Positions 8,050-17,594 of a stretch of 64,000 nt of DNA are shown here, in pieces. The stretch is taken from IMG/VR virus record IMGVR_UViG_3300033977_000108, positions 124,001-188,000 of that record. One strand, 5' to 3'. Under the pieces are notes generated by a model. That model had not been told where the DNA came from, did not search any database, and saw only the letters and a program-made list of their open reading frames with translations. Made by a program: the position numbers and the translations under genes. The number at the start of each line of letters is the position of its first letter. Position 1 is the stretch's first letter.

Positions 8050-8174
8050 TCTACTTCTGCCTCCCTTTTATGTGCCGCGGCTTTGGAGCCGGGCTTGGAT
8101 AAACGCTTGCCTGAGCTACTAAACAGTACATAGCCGCCCTTTACTTTCCTGATGATGTCAGTTCCCTGATTCAT
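8007..8174 (-). CDS. Small basic protein (55 aa)
   Basis: Hand-translated MNQGTDIIRKVKGGYVLFSSSGKRLSKPGSKAAAHKREAEVEWFKN...; AAGGAG RBS. Confidence 0.6.
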   Translation of the reverse strand: MNQGTDIIRKVKGGYVLFSSSGKRLSKPGSKAAAHKREAEVEWFKNHPKLARKKR

Positions 8175-8574
8175 AGAACTCCTTCAATAACCAATCTCGG
8201 CAATCTTCCCAACAATCAAATCGGTTCTGCTTGGGAAGCCAATGGAACAATAGCTGCTTGGGGCCCACAATGGCGCGTATCTTGCCAATGCCTTCGGCAT
8301 AACCATCTTCCCAGCAGTGGCCGCCGCGCGTGAAAGCAATGTCAGGAGACACGGTGAATAGCACCAAGTGCGTACACAGATTAACTTCTTCTTTGTCTCT
8401 CTTGGCAACCCTCTGTCGATTCCGTTCTGAGGATGTCTGGAATGGATTGTCCGGGCCGGCTTTCTCACGATACCAGCTGGAAACTACCTTGATACCCATT
8501 TTCTCCAATTGCTTGGCATACCTAGCTATCTCAAACTTTCGGCTATAATGGGCCGCTAAATAAACTGCTATCAT
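8158..8574 (-). CDS. Nucleoside 2-deoxyribosyltransferase-like protein
   Basis: VYLAAHY, RD..EV..C..LVLF, GG...EDGYA.G.GK motifs. Confidence 0.7.
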   Translation of the reverse strand: MIAVYLAAHYSRKFEIARYAKQLEKMGIKVVSSWYREKAGPDNPFQTSSERNRQRVAKRDKEEVNLCTHLVLFTVSPDIAFTRGGHCWEDGYAEGIGKIRAIVGPKQLLFHWLPKQNRFDCWEDCRDWLLKEFYESGN

Positions 8575-8834
8575 TTTCCTCCTCGCTTATGTATTTTCAG
8601 TGGGATGCCAAGATAGATACCTGGCTTTCCACTGAGAATCCATTCGGTCTGTTTCTTACAGAAATCAGACAACTCGGCCAAGGTAGAGGCGTTCAACTGC
8701 TGCCCATCCTTGGGGAAAAACATCAATTCCTTGTCCAGGAATATAAAGTTGCCTAATGGCCTATTAGTGCTTGCTTCCTTCACCGCCCAGACATTGGGGC
8801 GGGCCCTCTGTTCCAGTGTGATTTGCCTAAGCAT
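8571..8834 (-). CDS. Hypothetical protein
   Basis: Coupled ORF (ATGA overlap). Confidence 0.6.
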   Translation of the reverse strand: MLRQITLEQRARPNVWAVKEASTNRPLGNFIFLDKELMFFPKDGQQLNASTLAELSDFCKKQTEWILSGKPGIYLGIPLKIHKRGGK

Positions 8835-8860
8835 TCTTGTTTTTCCTTTTTAGTGGCATA

Positions 8861-9019
8861 CTACTTCCCCAATAGTTTCCCCATGATCACATAACCTACT
8901 GTTAACGCGACCACTAAAATAACGCCCTTCATCTTGTCCGGGCCGGGCAACGCTACCCCGGTCCATCGACAACCTGCGCCGATCAGCAATGACAGTACTA
9001 TCCCGATTGCGAACCGCAT
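8861..9019 (-). CDS. DUF1427/XapX-like small two-helix membrane protein (52 aa)
   Basis: Hand-translated MRFAIGIVLSLLIGAGCRWTGVALPGPDKMKGVILVVALTVGYVIMGKLLGK; IG..CR..G..LP.P...GY pattern. Confidence 0.6.
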   Translation of the reverse strand: MRFAIGIVLSLLIGAGCRWTGVALPGPDKMKGVILVVALTVGYVIMGKLLGK

Positions 9020-9022
9020 TAT

Positions 9023-9547
9023 CTACTCCCGAAGGGCCCCATACATTTCCTGATTTATTACTTCATTGTTCAGCAAGAAGAACGCTAAAGTATCCTGAAT
9101 CAAAGGGTCAGACACGTAGTCCAGCCAATCTTCGTGAGATTTCAGATTGGGGATTGAGGTAGGATGGCACTTTACTCTGTAGATGAAAACGGATAGTTCA
9201 GTCTTCTTGGCAGGATGCTTCATCAACCATTCAGGGAATAGGTCTGGGTCGCTCTGCTGGGCCAGTAGGGCGTCCATAGTTTCCCTAAATGCTACAAAGT
9301 AGGTCTTGGTTGGCGCGTGCTTGATAGTCGCGATGTGCTCGTAAAAGCACACAGTATCGCTATCTTTGACATTCAAGCTTGGGTCATTGCTGATAATAGT
9401 TTTCAGGCGCGGGTCCCGCAGCCCTTGGCGCGGATAGACAGCTCCTTGCAAAGGATAGATACGCTGGTCTATCAGCATCAAACCCTGCAAGAACTCCTCG
9501 TTGACAGGCCTTCGGCCGAAGACACCAGTATCTCTAATGGTAGCCAT
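9023..9547 (-). CDS. Hypothetical protein
   Basis: 174-aa ORF in series. Confidence 0.65.
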   Translation of the reverse strand: MATIRDTGVFGRRPVNEEFLQGLMLIDQRIYPLQGAVYPRQGLRDPRLKTIISNDPSLNVKDSDTVCFYEHIATIKHAPTKTYFVAFRETMDALLAQQSDPDLFPEWLMKHPAKKTELSVFIYRVKCHPTSIPNLKSHEDWLDYVSDPLIQDTLAFFLLNNEVINQEMYGALRE

Positions 9548-9561
9548 AATGCTCTCCGATG

Positions 9562-9981
9562 CTATTCTGTGGAAGTTTGTAGCTTGGCCAGTTTGGCCTC
9601 AAGCTCGGCAACTTTAGCCGCCAGCTCGGCCAGTTGGGAAGGAACAACTACTTGATCCAATAGCGGCTTTAGGTCCACTTTAGAATGGGCTTCGGTATTC
9701 ACAGTATTAGCGGCATTCAGGGAAGCAGTCAGACCTTCTTTTGCTTTCTGGGCTGTGCCACGGGTCATTCCCGTGAAGCTCGGTCTTACGGCCTGGCCGC
9801 ACAAGCATACCAGCAACTCGGTCGGTATAGCACCCTCTTCCTGGATGTCAGAGCTTCCATAGCCGCCGGCTCTGAATGTATTGAATGTAAGCCTGGTGAA
9901 GTGCTGCGAACCGCAACGCGGGCAGACTACAGGCTTATTCATCTGCGCCATACGGTCTATGATTGATGGGGTGGCTGACAT
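9562..9981 (-). CDS. Zinc-ribbon plus coiled-coil protein
   Basis: CPRCGS...CLCG; C-terminal heptads; GGAGG RBS. Confidence 0.65.
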   Translation of the reverse strand: MSATPSIIDRMAQMNKPVVCPRCGSQHFTRLTFNTFRAGGYGSSDIQEEGAIPTELLVCLCGQAVRPSFTGMTRGTAQKAKEGLTASLNAANTVNTEAHSKVDLKPLLDQVVVPSQLAELAAKVAELEAKLAKLQTSTE

Positions 9982-10169
9982 GTATCCTCCAATTTATCTA
10001 ATCTTTCATTTATTTCCTTTACTCTCTTACAGATAGGACAGGCTTCTTTGTCCTCGTTTGTTTCGTGCTTGTGTTCCAACAGGTCGATGGTTTGATCACC
10101 GATTACTATGTATCTTGGTGTATTATCCTTACGAGAAAGGATGGTCATAATGTCAGGCTCTACGGGCAT
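9957..10169 (-). CDS. Hypothetical small protein
   Basis: Overlaps both neighbours; CPIC motif. Confidence 0.5.
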   Translation of the reverse strand: MPVEPDIMTILSRKDNTPRYIVIGDQTIDLLEHKHETNEDKEACPICKRVKEINERLDKLEDTCQPPHQS

Positions 10170-10848
10170 GTTTCGGCACCTCCTGAAACACAGCTAAACA
10201 CGCAAGCGTGGGACAGGTCTTGCAATGCAGGCCAGGCGAGGGGTACAGGTGGCCGGCAAGTGCCACATCTACGGCCTTGTGGATGTAGTCCCTAGCCACA
10301 CCTTCAAGGATACCATAAAATGGACAGGCTGTCAACTCTGGTATAGTAATGAATAACAATCCTGCGTTTTTCCTTATGTGGGTGTTATAATGCAGCCAGC
10401 TTGATAAGTCGCCGGGGCTGGGAAAGCCGGTATAGCATGTTGTAAACTTGACGACATAAGTGATAGGCTCCTTATTCCTGGCGCGCGGCTTTCTCGCTTG
10501 CAGTACTCCGAACTCGCCGGTAATCTCAATACCATCAAGGAAGTTAGAGTAGCGACTCATCGGCTGTATGACCTTGTACTTGGAGCGCAACTCGTCCAAC
10601 TGCACACAGAACCTTCTAACGAAGGGAACAGGTATAGGTATCCTATCATCTATCTCCGCCCATTCCCTTTCAAACGCCTCCTGAATGCTATGCCGGTTCG
10701 GCGTGCTGCCGTTGAAACATTGAACCATAAACCATCTAACAGTTTCCATAGCTGCTTGGTTGGTCTGGTCTGGCGGGACTTCATAATTCGACAGGGCTCG
10801 TAGCGGGCACTTTACGAATTCATCAAGATAAGCTTCGGTGATTTTCAT
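10153..10848 (-). CDS. PD-(D/E)XK/Cas4-AddB-like fold protein, catalytic residues apparently degenerate
   Basis: YLDEFVKCPLR at N-terminus, HCKTCPTLAC at C-terminus; no clear D...D/ExK. Confidence 0.5.
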   Translation of the reverse strand: MKITEAYLDEFVKCPLRALSNYEVPPDQTNQAAMETVRWFMVQCFNGSTPNRHSIQEAFEREWAEIDDRIPIPVPFVRRFCVQLDELRSKYKVIQPMSRYSNFLDGIEITGEFGVLQARKPRARNKEPITYVVKFTTCYTGFPSPGDLSSWLHYNTHIRKNAGLLFITIPELTACPFYGILEGVARDYIHKAVDVALAGHLYPSPGLHCKTCPTLACLAVFQEVPKHARRA

Positions 10849-13421
10849 CAGTAACTCTGTTTGATTCGCACGTCTTCACTTGTGGAAGTAGCCCAGTATT
10901 TAGCCATTTCATCATTTGTACATTCTTTGTAGCGGGCGGTTTCCGGGTTCAACTCATAGTATAAACTACCAGCGAAGCCGCTGTCAACCTTTACTTTGTC
11001 AAATACCAGCTCTATAATAGGCTTCCTCTTACCCATTATTACCGTCCCGTCTAAATTGGCGTGCGAGTCTTCCGGTGCGGCATCATCCACCCAGAACAAC
11101 TTGGGATCATTTGGGAAGTCCTTCAAATCATTATAGATACCGATACAGATATTGGCGTCAAAGGCAGGTCCTGAGGAGCCTTTTATGTCTGCGGCCCTCG
11201 GCCGATGGCCAGGCCTCAATGCATCCTTTGGTAGCTCAACCGTCATAACAATAGTCGCGTGATAGCGGTTAGCTATGTTCTTCAATAACTGGGACTTGAT
11301 ACGGACTTTCCTTTCGCCTTCCTCCATCCCGGGCAAATCAAAGAGATGGAAGTTGTCGCCACACGCCACCAAATACTTGCTTGGGTATCTGCTGCGTATA
11401 GAACGCACCCAGCCCTCAAATGCTGGGACCGTCCCAGGCAAAGAAACCGCATCAGCGAGTATCAAGCGTTCGTCCTTTACCACTTCTCGCAGCCATTTTG
11501 TGCCGCTCTCCCAATAGGGGCGGAAACTATCCTCGGTGGAAAGATAATAGCCAGCCTTGCGGAACCATTTGCTCGGCAGGTTATACTTGGAGCCGAGAAT
11601 CCTTGGCACAAACCAATCCAAGGAATCGTCCAAGGAGTGGGACATTACAACTGCGTTGGCATTGTTATCAATCAACTGGTGAGCCAGGCAGGCAATGAAG
11701 CTAGTCTTGCCTTGGTTCTGCTTCCCGGGCAGGGTAATCAGGCAGTCGCCGAATGGCAAACCACCCAGCCGCTCATCAAAGGTAGGCCATCCTGTGATTA
11801 GTTCCTTCTCGTGGACATTCTCTGTGAAGCGGGTAAATAGCTCCTCAAGATGGTCTACCAAGCCATCTGGTTTATAACCAAGGGCTCCGGCATCCAGCTT
11901 CTCCAGTTTCATTTGTGCTTCATTTACAATGGCAACTGCGGCAGACGGGTTCTGTATCAGGCGCTTGGCTACTCCATTTGCCAGCGCTACACGCGCCTCT
12001 TCCAGCTTCGCCCTATCTGCGTCAATCTTACAGGTTACCTCTCGCCATACGGCATCTTCGCTTATACCCGTCCGCTTAGCAAGATTTCTCGCCATCCGTA
12101 GGCGAGTTATGTTGTTGATTTCATTGACGATAAGGTCAATGCTATCTTCGCATACCTTATACGGGTCATCTCCCCGGGCTATGCATTGGGCAACTTGCCA
12201 GGTAAAGACATCCGTCCGTTCCAGGACTTTGAAGGCGTCCAGCCCGTGCTCGCGGATGTAAGCGTCTGGGTCATCAGTGCCCTTCGGCATCACCAGTATC
12301 TCGGCGCGCAGCCCAGGATGCCCACCAAAGTGCTGGCTCAATAACTTGACGAAGCGGTCTGTGCCTGCGGCGCCGGCTTCATCGGCATCCAGGACGAAGA
12401 TAACGAAGTTCTGCCCTGTTTCCAGCAGCAGTTGGAGGTGTTCTGGGGTGAAACTAATACTGCCTACAGCTACTGCGTTCTTCATTCCCCTATCGTAGGC
12501 GGTCACCCTGTCGGCATAGCCTTCAAATATCCATAGCGGAGGCGCCCAGCGCCGGGCTACATCAAAGCCGTACAATCGCTTGCGCTTTTGGTAGATGTCA
12601 TTCTTCTCTACCAGTGTGCCTTCATTCGTCTGTATTTGAGCGGCGGAGTTGATGAACTTCCGCGGGCAGAAGAGAGCGGCAAGCTTGGGACTGTCTTCTC
12701 CTTCTTCTTTCACCATCTTCTCATACTGCTCGTTGTAGACTTCCTTTTTCTCTTCGTATTTCAGGTCGCGGGCGGCAAAGCCAACAGGATTGCCATGCTC
12801 GTCCTTGATAGTAAAGATAAGAGAGTTGGGATTGAAGATAGCCTGATTGTCCAGGTCAACCTGCGCCATAAAGGCCTTATCTACTTTGTGTTGGCTGACC
12901 ATCTGGCGCACATACTCATCGTAGCTGGACACCCAGCCTACGCCACAGATTCGGGGTGTATCTTCCTCCCAGCTATACTTGGCATTGATTGTTTCATCCA
13001 CCAGTGGCGGGCGCGCCATCTCGGAAATGACTTGCGCAGCCGCCCGATAAGCGTGGAAAACATTCATCTCGTGAAGCTCGGCGTCAGACATCTTCGTCAT
13101 GGACTCGGGCACCACGATGCCGAACATATCGGCGAGCGGGATTAGATTATCGGTAATGAATTCTCTGCCGCGCAGTGGCTTCTCTTCCAGCAGGCTGGCG
13201 GCGGTGAAAATATCGCCGCTCGCCCCGCAGCCAAAACAGTGAAACAGTTCCGGAGCGCCCTTGATAATACCACAGGAAGGGTGATTGTCTGTGTGCCCCT
13301 TATTGATACAGCGGAAGCGTCCGCCTGGGGAGACATCGTGCTTGCCGTGGGCTTGGAGATATGCCCCGAGATGCTGCCTGAGTTGGGATTTGATGCCGTT
13401 CAGTTGGTCGATGTTGCGCAT
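10848..13421 (-). CDS. DNA primase-helicase fusion (CHC2 zinc finger, TOPRIM, DnaB-like)
   Basis: C..KGH.D..PS...FHCFGC; FEGYAD, LDADEAG, DPD; Walker A GKQNQGKTS. Confidence 0.9.
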   Translation of the reverse strand: MRNIDQLNGIKSQLRQHLGAYLQAHGKHDVSPGGRFRCINKGHTDNHPSCGIIKGAPELFHCFGCGASGDIFTAASLLEEKPLRGREFITDNLIPLADMFGIVVPESMTKMSDAELHEMNVFHAYRAAAQVISEMARPPLVDETINAKYSWEEDTPRICGVGWVSSYDEYVRQMVSQHKVDKAFMAQVDLDNQAIFNPNSLIFTIKDEHGNPVGFAARDLKYEEKKEVYNEQYEKMVKEEGEDSPKLAALFCPRKFINSAAQIQTNEGTLVEKNDIYQKRKRLYGFDVARRWAPPLWIFEGYADRVTAYDRGMKNAVAVGSISFTPEHLQLLLETGQNFVIFVLDADEAGAAGTDRFVKLLSQHFGGHPGLRAEILVMPKGTDDPDAYIREHGLDAFKVLERTDVFTWQVAQCIARGDDPYKVCEDSIDLIVNEINNITRLRMARNLAKRTGISEDAVWREVTCKIDADRAKLEEARVALANGVAKRLIQNPSAAVAIVNEAQMKLEKLDAGALGYKPDGLVDHLEELFTRFTENVHEKELITGWPTFDERLGGLPFGDCLITLPGKQNQGKTSFIACLAHQLIDNNANAVVMSHSLDDSLDWFVPRILGSKYNLPSKWFRKAGYYLSTEDSFRPYWESGTKWLREVVKDERLILADAVSLPGTVPAFEGWVRSIRSRYPSKYLVACGDNFHLFDLPGMEEGERKVRIKSQLLKNIANRYHATIVMTVELPKDALRPGHRPRAADIKGSSGPAFDANICIGIYNDLKDFPNDPKLFWVDDAAPEDSHANLDGTVIMGKRKPIIELVFDKVKVDSGFAGSLYYELNPETARYKECTNDEMAKYWATSTSEDVRIKQSY

Positions 13422-13423
13422 GA

Positions 13424-13630
13424 TTACTCTATACTTCCATCGGGCTCATCAATATATTTGATAAGAAAAAGCAGTGATGGTAGATCGCCAGCATTGATTT
13501 TGATTACAAGAATTCTGGCCAGCCTATCCAATAAAGATTCATCCGTCTCAAGACCTTTCTTGAGTTCAGCATTTGTCAGAAGTATCATCTTTTCTAGGGC
13601 TCTGTATAACGGTCTCTCTTTCGAGTTCAT
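13424..13630 (-). CDS. Hypothetical protein
   Basis: Short ORF with GGAGG RBS. Confidence 0.55.
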   Translation of the reverse strand: MNSKERPLYRALEKMILLTNAELKKGLETDESLLDRLARILVIKINAGDLPSLLFLIKYIDEPDGSIE

Positions 13631-13642
13631 TTTGTCCTCCTT

Positions 13643-16027
13643 TCAATCCAGCTTCGTATCCAATTTATCTAGTATCCTGGAAAACTCCAGTCCTTTCATG
13701 AACTTATCTATGTCTTCCCAATCTGGCGTTCCATCTTTCTTGGCTGGGAGTTTGATTGTGAGGTTCGCCCGCTCATCGCGGAACTTCCTACCATAGTTGA
13801 ACCGGTAGGATTCATTGGTTATCAGCGTGGCTATAAAGAGCTTACAGGCAGGCGTGATCTTGTCTTCTAACCCTTTCTTGACAGTCAGGACACACGTATC
13901 GTTGGCAACATAGAAATCATCAGGCTGATAGAAAGCCACACCAGGCTGACCATTTGCCAGTACGGTGATCTTTCCACCATTATACTTAGTCTGTCCTTCA
14001 ATCTCTGGGAATAGACCTACAGACCCATTGTCTTTCGTAGTAGCTGCCAGCAACGGATACTTCTTCTCCCCTTCCAGTTTCTCGGCTTCGTATTGGGAAA
14101 TACCGACAGGCCATTCCATGTCGAATAAGTCTCGTAGTTTGAATGGTTTCCAGGTATCCTTCGACGGAAGCTTGGACTTGATAACCACCTGTTTCAACGA
14201 TAGCAGGTAAAGCTCCAGATCTTTGATTGCCTGGCCGAACAAACTCTCTCCTAATTTGGAGTAGTCCGTCTCCAAGTAAGCCTCAGCGCACCACTCATCA
14301 TCGGCTTTTACTACTTTCTTCACTGATTGTCCCGGTACTGTATCTCGCTTCCTATAAGCCGAGATCCATTCTTTCTTTCTTTGTTCCCAGGCGTCGTCGT
14401 GTTTCTCTACGCGCTTCCCCTTGAGCAACCTGAAGTTGTCGTCCTTCCATAGACCAAACCACGTCTCGCGGTCTTCCTGGTGTGGCTGATGGCACTTTAT
14501 AACAAATACACAAGTGACAGCGCCGATGCTTGGGAATAGCTGATTCGGCATGGACATGACAGCTTCCAATGTGTGCTTCTCCATCAGTTCTTTCTTCTTG
14601 GCTGATTTCTGGATCATGCAAGACATTGGAACGATCGCTATTAGCGTCGCGCCTGGTTCGGCTAGCTCGGCAGCTTTCAGCACGAAGTCAAGCTCTGTCT
14701 TGTCTTTTTCCTTCTGTGAGTACGGCGGGTTCAATAAGATCACGTTTATCTTCATCGCTCTTAGCCTTTTCTTTATGTCCTCTGGCAGATCAAGCGTGTC
14801 TTCATTGAACAGATTACTCTTCCCGTCGCCGCGGAAGATCATGTTGGCAGCTGCTAATACGTACATCAGCGTCTCAAGCTCCACACCGGCGAGGCCTTGC
14901 TTCTTGATCCGTTCCTTTATCTTTGGATCGTCGGTCTTGCCCAGCATGTAAGCCATGGCAGCCAGGAGGAAGCCGGCTGATCCGCAGCACGGATCGTAGA
15001 CTACCGATGAGTTGGGATTGAGATTGGCAAGATCGCAGAATAACTCAGTTATGTGCTGTGGTGTCAATACTATGCCAAGCCCTGAACCGTCACCGCCTGA
15101 GTACCGAATGAATTCGCTATAAAGATCACCGAGTACATCCACACCAGCGTCGGACGTCAAAGCAAGCGACATGATGTCGTCAATCATCTGTATGGCTTCC
15201 AGCAGATTGTTGCTAACTGCTGTCTCATCTAGGACTGTTTCTATTTGTCCCAGCATCTTACGCTGCTTTTCATCTGGGATACCAGCCTTGTCCAAGATGT
15301 TCTCAATAGCCTGCTTGCAATTCCTGACCAATTCTTTCTTGCTGGCTACAGTATAACCTTTGGCGAACGCCTTATCCTTGAGGGCAAGCAGGATAGCGGC
15401 TACCAGCTCAGGCTTGAGCGTCTCTTTCAAGCTCATCTTATCACGCAGGAAGTTGTGGAGCTTCTTAGCTAGCTTCTGTATCTCCTCTTTAGTTGGCAGT
15501 CTTGAAGCTTTTACTTCCTGTAGCAACTGCTCGCAATCTGCTATCGACAACAGCTTGTCTACCTTGAGCCGTTCTACCTTCCCATTGCGCCGGGCTCTGA
15601 ACCAGCTTATCCTATGATTGTCCTTTGGCCCGGAAACGGCGAGGCCTAACGTATTCCTCTTCTGCCTGGCGCCTTTCATGTAGCTGATAACCCCATCCTC
15701 AGCATAAGCTGTCTTCTTCAGGTTATCGTTCTCAGTTAGGGTCTCCTTGCTCGTGTGGTGTTCTTTATCTGCCTTACACTCAACAAGGAGTACATCGCCA
15801 CCATTGAAGGGATACACAAGCTCAGGCCTGCCTATGCCCCCTTTACCTGTCTTCGATTTGATAGCATCACGCAGAATCGGATCGTCTGTTCCCTGCACTC
15901 CTGCCCCTATCTTCTCGGAATCGAAACCATGCTCCTTGAGCCAGGTAAGCAGCCACTCTTCAACTGCCCGTTCATTCTTCCGTCTGTAGATTGTCTTGCG
16001 GTTGGGTTTGTAATTGGGATCTACCAT
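13643..16027 (-). CDS. Type IIG-like restriction-modification fusion (PD-(D/E)XK + gamma-class N6-adenine MTase + TRD)
   Basis: GRPE...LLVECK; TP.HI..LF; YDPCCGSAGF; NPPYS; HsdS-like C-terminus. Confidence 0.88.
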   Translation of the reverse strand: MVDPNYKPNRKTIYRRKNERAVEEWLLTWLKEHGFDSEKIGAGVQGTDDPILRDAIKSKTGKGGIGRPELVYPFNGGDVLLVECKADKEHHTSKETLTENDNLKKTAYAEDGVISYMKGARQKRNTLGLAVSGPKDNHRISWFRARRNGKVERLKVDKLLSIADCEQLLQEVKASRLPTKEEIQKLAKKLHNFLRDKMSLKETLKPELVAAILLALKDKAFAKGYTVASKKELVRNCKQAIENILDKAGIPDEKQRKMLGQIETVLDETAVSNNLLEAIQMIDDIMSLALTSDAGVDVLGDLYSEFIRYSGGDGSGLGIVLTPQHITELFCDLANLNPNSSVVYDPCCGSAGFLLAAMAYMLGKTDDPKIKERIKKQGLAGVELETLMYVLAAANMIFRGDGKSNLFNEDTLDLPEDIKKRLRAMKINVILLNPPYSQKEKDKTELDFVLKAAELAEPGATLIAIVPMSCMIQKSAKKKELMEKHTLEAVMSMPNQLFPSIGAVTCVFVIKCHQPHQEDRETWFGLWKDDNFRLLKGKRVEKHDDAWEQRKKEWISAYRKRDTVPGQSVKKVVKADDEWCAEAYLETDYSKLGESLFGQAIKDLELYLLSLKQVVIKSKLPSKDTWKPFKLRDLFDMEWPVGISQYEAEKLEGEKKYPLLAATTKDNGSVGLFPEIEGQTKYNGGKITVLANGQPGVAFYQPDDFYVANDTCVLTVKKGLEDKITPACKLFIATLITNESYRFNYGRKFRDERANLTIKLPAKKDGTPDWEDIDKFMKGLEFSRILDKLDTKLD

Positions 16028-16107
16028 CTTATTCTCCTTAGCCCTCTCGGCGTTCCGGCAAGCCCACGGATTGGCCAGAGTATTGGTTTGAATTTGACTA
16101 CGACTTA

Positions 16108-16116
16108 ATTATACCA
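16108..16116 (-). promoter_or_regulatory. Extended -10 promoter element upstream of the R-M gene
   Basis: TGGTATAAT in the intergenic gap; no clear -35. Confidence 0.55.
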
Positions 16117-16133
16117 TAAGTCCAGGTTTCGCA

Positions 16134-16322
16134 TCAGTCTCTCTTGCCGACCCAGCCATATCTCGCTGCTTCGGCATAAGCATGCTCCGCCCAGCTCTCG
16201 CTCTTCTGACAAATCATAGCAAGGACTTTGGTCTCATTCTTTGTGGCCCAATCTGGCAGCCCTTTCTCCAAGACATATTGGAATAGCACGGCCCTCTCAC
16301 CGGGGATTAGTTTTCCTATCAT
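16134..16322 (-). CDS. Hypothetical protein
   Basis: Coupled short ORF. Confidence 0.5.
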   Translation of the reverse strand: MIGKLIPGERAVLFQYVLEKGLPDWATKNETKVLAMICQKSESWAEHAYAEAARYGWVGKRD

Positions 16323-16782
16323 ATTCCTCCATACAGCGCATCGTTTCCCTTATCCCAACTGCGGCTCTTTCCCTACCATCATTCAACCACATTAGCAATG
16401 CCTCGCTCTCTTCCAGCTTTATTCCAAAGTAAATCTCTCTCGATTCCGTGGTTTCTACTATTGTGGCCCGCCTGTCCAGGCACCAGGAATGCTGTCGCCA
16501 GATGTTATCATCGCTTAGCGCCCAGCCCGTGCAGATGGCATAGCCTTTTCTGTTCCATAAGAGAGCAACGTTGCTATGGCAGGCGCTGTTGTCCATCTTG
16601 TGAAAGCGGAGGTCGTTGTTCATTACTTTGCCTCTTTGCAGCAATGCATTTAGGTGAGGCTCCGGCATGGGAGCTATTTTCTTCCCGCCGGCTTTCAGCA
16701 ACTTTTGGCCAAGAGATAGATAATCAGCATCTACCAGATTGATGAACATATTCCTTATGAATGCTTTGTTTACATCGCGCAT
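16297..16782 (-). CDS. Conserved-looking phage hypothetical protein
   Basis: CHSNVA...CTGWALSDD.IWRQHSW motif. Confidence 0.65.
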   Translation of the reverse strand: MRDVNKAFIRNMFINLVDADYLSLGQKLLKAGGKKIAPMPEPHLNALLQRGKVMNNDLRFHKMDNSACHSNVALLWNRKGYAICTGWALSDDNIWRQHSWCLDRRATIVETTESREIYFGIKLEESEALLMWLNDGRERAAVGIRETMRCMEEYDRKTNPR

Positions 16783-16783
16783 C

Positions 16784-17140
16784 CTACGCGCCCCTTCTTA
16801 CTCTTATCTTCTGCGCCAGCCATATCCCCGTTCTACTTCCTGGCTTTGGCCTTATATTCTTCGCTTCTATCGCGCGCCATTCATACTTGCCTTTGGTCAG
16901 CTGATTGAAGTTCAATGCAGCGTCCATATCGTGCATGAAATGGAAGCCGGAGCGGTAATAACGTCCTCTTCCATCTCTTACGCGCCGCTGCTTGGTGGTC
17001 AGCCATCTACCTATTGGCACTTCCAAGCTGCCATTATATCCGTGGAATAGAAAGCAGAGCTTGTTGTTCTTGATTCGGAAAGCTTTGAAGCCTATCATCC
17101 GCCTCCTTATGGAGTTTGTTCCTCTCCTCGTAGAAGTCAT
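16784..17140 (-). CDS. Basic hypothetical protein
   Basis: Arg/Lys-rich ORF in series. Confidence 0.6.
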   Translation of the reverse strand: MTSTRRGTNSIRRRMIGFKAFRIKNNKLCFLFHGYNGSLEVPIGRWLTTKQRRVRDGRGRYYRSGFHFMHDMDAALNFNQLTKGKYEWRAIEAKNIRPKPGSRTGIWLAQKIRVRRGA

Positions 17141-17167
17141 CCCTGAGTATAGCCAGGGACAGAGGAT

Positions 17168-17443
17168 CTAATTTCCCCAGTGGCCCAGACAGGTTCCTGC
17201 TCCTAGAAGTTTGCCCGTCTTATCAAACTGCCAATCCCTGGCGCCTATGTAGACGTTAATATCGCCGTCTTCATCAATCATAAAGACATCTATGGGGACT
17301 AGTTTCACCAACATTGGCAGGATGAGGTCTTCATTCAGCTCGCGGGTAATCTTCTTCAGCACGCTGCTTTTTATTCCTATTTTCCGTAGCTTTAGGCTCG
17401 CTCTTTCTACTGCTTTCTTTATCTTTGTTTGTTTACTCTTCAT
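17168..17443 (-). CDS. Hypothetical protein
   Basis: GGAGG RBS. Confidence 0.6.
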   Translation of the reverse strand: MKSKQTKIKKAVERASLKLRKIGIKSSVLKKITRELNEDLILPMLVKLVPIDVFMIDEDGDINVYIGARDWQFDKTGKLLGAGTCLGHWGN

Positions 17444-17594
17444 TTTGCGCCTCCGTTTTCTCGTCCGGCATTCCTATTCCTAAATGCGACCACCGGCGAT
17501 GACCGCACTCGCACACTGATACTTCTTTCGGATTTCGGGCTTGGCAGAGATGGCAAATCCAATCGCTGTCAAGTTCCAGGGCTTGTTTCTTCAT
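17433..17594 (-). CDS. Zinc-ribbon micro-protein (RanBP2-like WxCxxC...CxC), 53 aa
   Basis: Hand-translated MKKQALELDSDWICHLCQARNPKEVSVCECGH...; fills the gap exactly. Confidence 0.55.
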   Translation of the reverse strand: MKKQALELDSDWICHLCQARNPKEVSVCECGHRRWSHLGIGMPDEKTEAQNEE

